DNA of 64,000 nucleotides, from assembly GCA_965263295.1 (NCBI GenBank), contig OZ253665.1, forward strand, positions 2,048,001 through 2,112,000. Reading direction: 5' to 3'. The notes under the pieces are model-generated. The model searched no databases. It was not told where the DNA came from and saw only the letters and a list, made by a program, of their open reading frames with translations. Position 1 is the stretch's first letter; each line of letters starts with the position of its first letter. This document shows positions 60,403 to 64,000 of this stretch, piece by piece. Source of the stretch: Spirochaetia bacterium. Its GTDB lineage: Bacteria; Spirochaetota; Spirochaetia; SP-2023. The position numbers and the translations under genes are program-made.

Positions 60403-62844
60403 TTGTTTAATATGTATTTAATCCATATCATTTCTTTTTGCTTGGAGGGATGCTTGTCAATCGGCAGAGCGGTCTCCAAACGTATTGTTTCCGCGACAAG
60501 CGGAAAGGCGTCGTCTTCTGCCGGCAAGTTCGTTTTGCAATTCCATTTAACGTTTCCTTTAAAATTTCCTTTGCTGGCCATTTCAGGTGCGCTGTGCTGC
60601 GCTTGCTCTGCGCAACCTGTCCACAGCGCGCAAATAGAGCTCTTCAGTGCTGACCAGAAAGCCTTTATCGAAACAGAGACACTCAAAGTTGACTGGCAAA
60701 GGAATGGCGAAACTCTGAGTATTAATCAGGCGGGGCTAAAAGTCAACGGAGAGGCACAGCGCGCGGAAGTGCTTGATACTTCTAGCCTTGTTTCCGCCAC
60801 CTGGCGCCTGCTGCCAAGTCGCATTGTGGTTCAAGCCACCATGGGCTATGCGCTGGATTTTAGTTTTTCATTGGATTCGGAAACCGCCGTGCGGCGCAAT
60901 GAACCCGTCAGGCTGGAGTGGTTTGACTTAGCCGCATCGGCAACGCAAACCCTGTATTTGCCATTTAATGAAGGCATGCGGGTCCCGACGGCAGACAAGA
61001 TGTGGAGAGAATATTTAACCCAGACCTATTCTGGCTCAAATACCACGCAAGACTTGAAAATGCCGTTCTGGACGGCCGAGCAGAACGGTCAATTTATCAA
61101 TTATACCCTGGTCACGCCAAGCAACAACCGCCTTGAGTTTGCCTCGGAATCAGACAGAACCGACATGCTTGCGATGCATGAATTTACCGCGCTCAACTTC
61201 AGGCAACCTTTTAACGTGCAAATTACATGGGGAGAGGGGCCACTTTCGGGGGCCCTAGACTATCGGCGCTGGCGCCAAGAGCAAGAGCTGGCGGAGCCCC
61301 TGAGTGCCAAACTCGCCAAGAACCCGGCAGTGCAAAAGCTGATAGGTGCCAGCCATGTGTATCTGTTCGGCAATCATGTGTTGGCCGTCGAGGACGTTCG
61401 GGACTGGTGGGGGTTAAAAGATTGGTATTTTGACCAATCACAACTAATGACGGACAAACAAGACTCTGCGGAGCTGCGCGAACTTCAGGCGCTCCAGCAA
61501 GGGAAAGACTGGTTGAGCCAATATCATAAACGCTTACTAGTCGAGAGCGTGAATGCATCTTTGAACATAAAATTTCCCGCGCGCTCGGTTACGCTGGAGG
61601 ACAACGGTATTGAATCCCAGTTTCAGGCGGCACAAAAGCGCAAAGAGCATCTTGCAGAAAATGCCGGCCAGTTCTTGCTTCCCGCGCAAGAATGGGGCCA
61701 AGCTTTGTCGCAGGGTATGATCGCGAATTTCCAGCAGGCTGGCCTGGAGAAACTTTGGCTGGGCTTGGATAACTGGATGCCCGCATTTTATCAACCCGAT
61801 GCGGTTGAGCAGGCAAAGCGGGCGGGGTATGCAATCGCGACTTATGATTCCTACAATACCGCGATTGAAGCAGGTGTGAACGACAGTTGGCTGACCGCAC
61901 AGTTGCCCGATGAGATGCGTACAGGTTGCGCGATCGAAAAAGCCGACGGCAGCAAAAAAAAGGGGTTTCGCGGCAAAGGCTACTACCTCAATCCGGCCTG
62001 TCAGCGCGAATATGTGGAACGGCGAATTCTCGACATCGTCAAATATGGCCGCTTTGACAGTCTGTTTCTGGATGTGGACGCGACGGCAATGGCGCGCGAG
62101 GACTACCACGCCGACATGGACGAGTCGGCGATGCTAGAGGCATTTAATGACCGCATGAATTGGATCGGTAGTCAACAGGGCATTTTATTGGGTTCGGAAT
62201 CCGGCAACGCGATAACGACCAATTCCCTGGCCTTCGCACACGGAATGGAAACGAACGTCTTTGGCTGGAATGACGAAGATATGCATGCAAATCGTCAATC
62301 TCCCTACTTCTTGGGGGCCTGGTATCCGGACCATAAACCAGACATTTTCTTCAAGCCGGCGCAAGTTAAAGAACCGTATAAAACCCTGTTGTTTGCCCCA
62401 CAGTTCCGAATTCCTCTGTACCAAGCTGTTTTCCATGATGAAGTGATCAGCTCGCACCACTGGCACACCGACAGCCTGAAATTTAGCGATGTGCAAGCCG
62501 CCAGGGATCTGATCGCCATGCTCTACAATACCCCTCCGATGGTGCACCTGAGCCGAGACGAAGTGCAGAGTCCCGACTCGCCGCGCCTGCGAGCCCTCCA
62601 GCACTATCAAGATGGCTTTCAGCCCATCCATGAGCAGCTGTGGGACAAGGCCCTGGTGGATTTTGAATGGCTGGATGCCGAAGGGAATTTGCAACAAACG
62701 ACTTTCAGCGATGGGAGCAAAATCATCGCGAATTTTTCCGCAGTATCTGAAGAGACCAGTGGCCATAAGATCCCCGCGCAGTCCATCTTGGCCCGGTTAC
62801 ACAATGGCCAGCAATTGCTCTGGACGGTCGAGGAATTCGATTAG
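60403..62844 (+). CDS. Secreted glycoside hydrolase, GH101/GH129-related (true start probably downstream, e.g. TTG 60454)
   Basis: Signal/lipobox-like ALCCACS; KLIGASHVYLFG, TYDSYNTA, GYYLNP, SLFLDVDA, GSESG, RIPLYQAVFHDEVI. Family recalled from motifs, not searched. Confidence 0.7.
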   Translation: MFNMYLIHIISFCLEGCLSIGRAVSKRIVSATSGKASSSAGKFVLQFHLTFPLKFPLLAISGALCCACSAQPVHSAQIELFSADQKAFIETETLKVDWQRNGETLSINQAGLKVNGEAQRAEVLDTSSLVSATWRLLPSRIVVQATMGYALDFSFSLDSETAVRRNEPVRLEWFDLAASATQTLYLPFNEGMRVPTADKMWREYLTQTYSGSNTTQDLKMPFWTAEQNGQFINYTLVTPSNNRLEFASESDRTDMLAMHEFTALNFRQPFNVQITWGEGPLSGALDYRRWRQEQELAEPLSAKLAKNPAVQKLIGASHVYLFGNHVLAVEDVRDWWGLKDWYFDQSQLMTDKQDSAELRELQALQQGKDWLSQYHKRLLVESVNASLNIKFPARSVTLEDNGIESQFQAAQKRKEHLAENAGQFLLPAQEWGQALSQGMIANFQQAGLEKLWLGLDNWMPAFYQPDAVEQAKRAGYAIATYDSYNTAIEAGVNDSWLTAQLPDEMRTGCAIEKADGSKKKGFRGKGYYLNPACQREYVERRILDIVKYGRFDSLFLDVDATAMAREDYHADMDESAMLEAFNDRMNWIGSQQGILLGSESGNAITTNSLAFAHGMETNVFGWNDEDMHANRQSPYFLGAWYPDHKPDIFFKPAQVKEPYKTLLFAPQFRIPLYQAVFHDEVISSHHWHTDSLKFSDVQAARDLIAMLYNTPPMVHLSRDEVQSPDSPRLRALQHYQDGFQPIHEQLWDKALVDFEWLDAEGNLQQTTFSDGSKIIANFSAVSEETSGHKIPAQSILARLHNGQQLLWTVEEFD

Positions 62845-62882
62845 CTCAACATTGCCACAGGCGGACGCTGTCCGCTTTCGGC

Positions 62883-63169
62883 TTGAGACAAACCGGGCAT
62901 GCCAACTTCCGCGTTCAAACGTGATTACCAAAGCGCGAGTCCAGGGGCCAGCATCGCGCAGCGCTCGACAAAGCGCTCAAATTGATACTTGCCGCCCTAA
63001 GAATCGACCAACCTATTGAGAAAAGATACCGCGATCACGATCTGGGCGGCGATTGGGCGGCTATCGTGAGTGTCACCTCAAGCCGCCCGACCTGCTGCTG
63101 ATCTATCGCAAGTCAGATGACACACGGCTTCTGGCACGGCTCGGTTCGTACAGCGAATTGTTCAACTGA
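62883..63169 (+). pseudogene. yafQ: YafQ-family (RelE/StbE) mRNA interferase toxin pseudogene
   Basis: Across frameshifts it reads TSAFKRDY / KRESRGQHRAALDKALKLILAALRIDQPIEKRYRDHDLGGDW / GYRECHLKPPDLLLIYRKSDDTRLLARLGSYSELFN*. Confidence 0.85.
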
Positions 63170-63575
63170 CGTTCTTTCCCAGTTTTTCTTTTTTTACCGC
63201 TCCCGCCCTCGCAAGATTTGATTCGGGTTGACCACAGCCCATGCCGAAAGAAAGCAATTATTCAATTTGTTAATTTCTGCTGGCTTTGTCACCAATGCAT
63301 GCCGGTTCAAAGACCGAATAACACAGCTGAAAAATAGGCGAACATCAGAGCGAGATCATAAAAATAGAAATGCTTATTTTTTATGCAAAAGTTCTTGACA
63401 AATGAAAGTTTTTATTGTAAAAATAACCGCATAAACTATATTTCAATTTGGAAATTTAAAATAATGAATTTATATTGTTGTTATTATGCAAAAGCTGGCG
63501 AGCCTGTAAGATTTTTGCGTTTTTTACTCCCCAATTATTCTCCAATCATTGTTTTGAATTTTCTGGGAGTAAAAT

Positions 63576-64000
63576 ATGCCGAAAAATAATTTCATTTTTC
63601 CCAAATCGCTGTTTTTAAACTACTGGCTTCATTTAATATCGTTGGCCTCCCTGCCACTCGCGGGCTGTCATTTATTTACAGAATATAAGGAGACATCGGC
63701 TGAACATTTGCCATACCGTGAAGAACCCCTTGTATTGGAGAATCTCGCTAATCATACGAAAATTATAAAATCAGTTGAATTGCGCAATGGCGGCAAAATT
63801 TATTGTTCCGAGCCATTAGTCTTTAAAGTTAATTTTGTCGATGAATCTTTAGAGCAATCCTTACAATTCCGTAAAATTGAAATTGAAGTTTCCACATTAG
63901 ACTATTCGTCGTCCATCATATTAACGCACCAAGTTACGGATAAAATTATTGAAGGAAAAAATAGAATTTACTCAGTGCCATTAACTTATCTTAAAAATGA
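63576..64000 (+). CDS. Putative lipoprotein (runs off the window)
   Basis: SD GGAG; MPKNNFIFPKSLFLNYWLHLISLASLPLAG-C lipobox; frame open to the window end; AT-rich. Confidence 0.75.
   Translation, partial: MPKNNFIFPKSLFLNYWLHLISLASLPLAGCHLFTEYKETSAEHLPYREEPLVLENLANHTKIIKSVELRNGGKIYCSEPLVFKVNFVDESLEQSLQFRKIEIEVSTLDYSSSIILTHQVTDKIIEGKNRIYSVPLTYLKN

Overview
A 64 kb chromosomal window from a spirochaete (Spirochaetota). The assignment rests on the cheA-cheW/CheR-cheX-cheY operon, the E-C-A-B-D-I-K V/A-type ATPase order, the long RecJ and spirochaete-type lipoboxes. The left ~35 kb is mostly core: murB (partial), rpsU, an M23 peptidase, recJ, a WecB/TagA glycosyltransferase, the V-ATPase, chemotaxis genes, tkt, clpB, a GH2 glycosidase, nagB and an NfnAB-like pair. 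The right ~29 kb mixes accessory metabolic genes (SDRs, gntP/gntK, SGNH hydrolase, nitronate monooxygenase, fumarase, thrC, tRNA-Ala, a 30-aa bS22-like protein, leuB, grxC, tldD/pmbA, a DAACS symporter, a GH129-like hydrolase) with surface-protein genes. The most notable signal is a candidate surface-variation toolkit. It comprises (i) a family of palindromic repeats built from iterated CACGAA/TTCGTG boxes, found in the same gene-relative orientation just downstream of four predicted surface-protein genes; (ii) a tandemly duplicated Ig/PKD-like lipoprotein cassette with near-identical flanks but a hypervariable last domain; and (iii) a lipoprotein whose signal peptide is frameshifted OFF by an (AT)11 tract. 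Also seen: a candidate sigma-28 sRNA with an anti-SD loop, a duplicated fumarase 3' end bracketing an SDR islet, a perfect 30-bp SD-containing palindrome, an extended SD with a possible ATA start at rpsU, and an orphan yafQ pseudogene. No CRISPR array, rRNA, integrase, transposase or reverse transcriptase was recognised. All calls are by eye; no searches were run.
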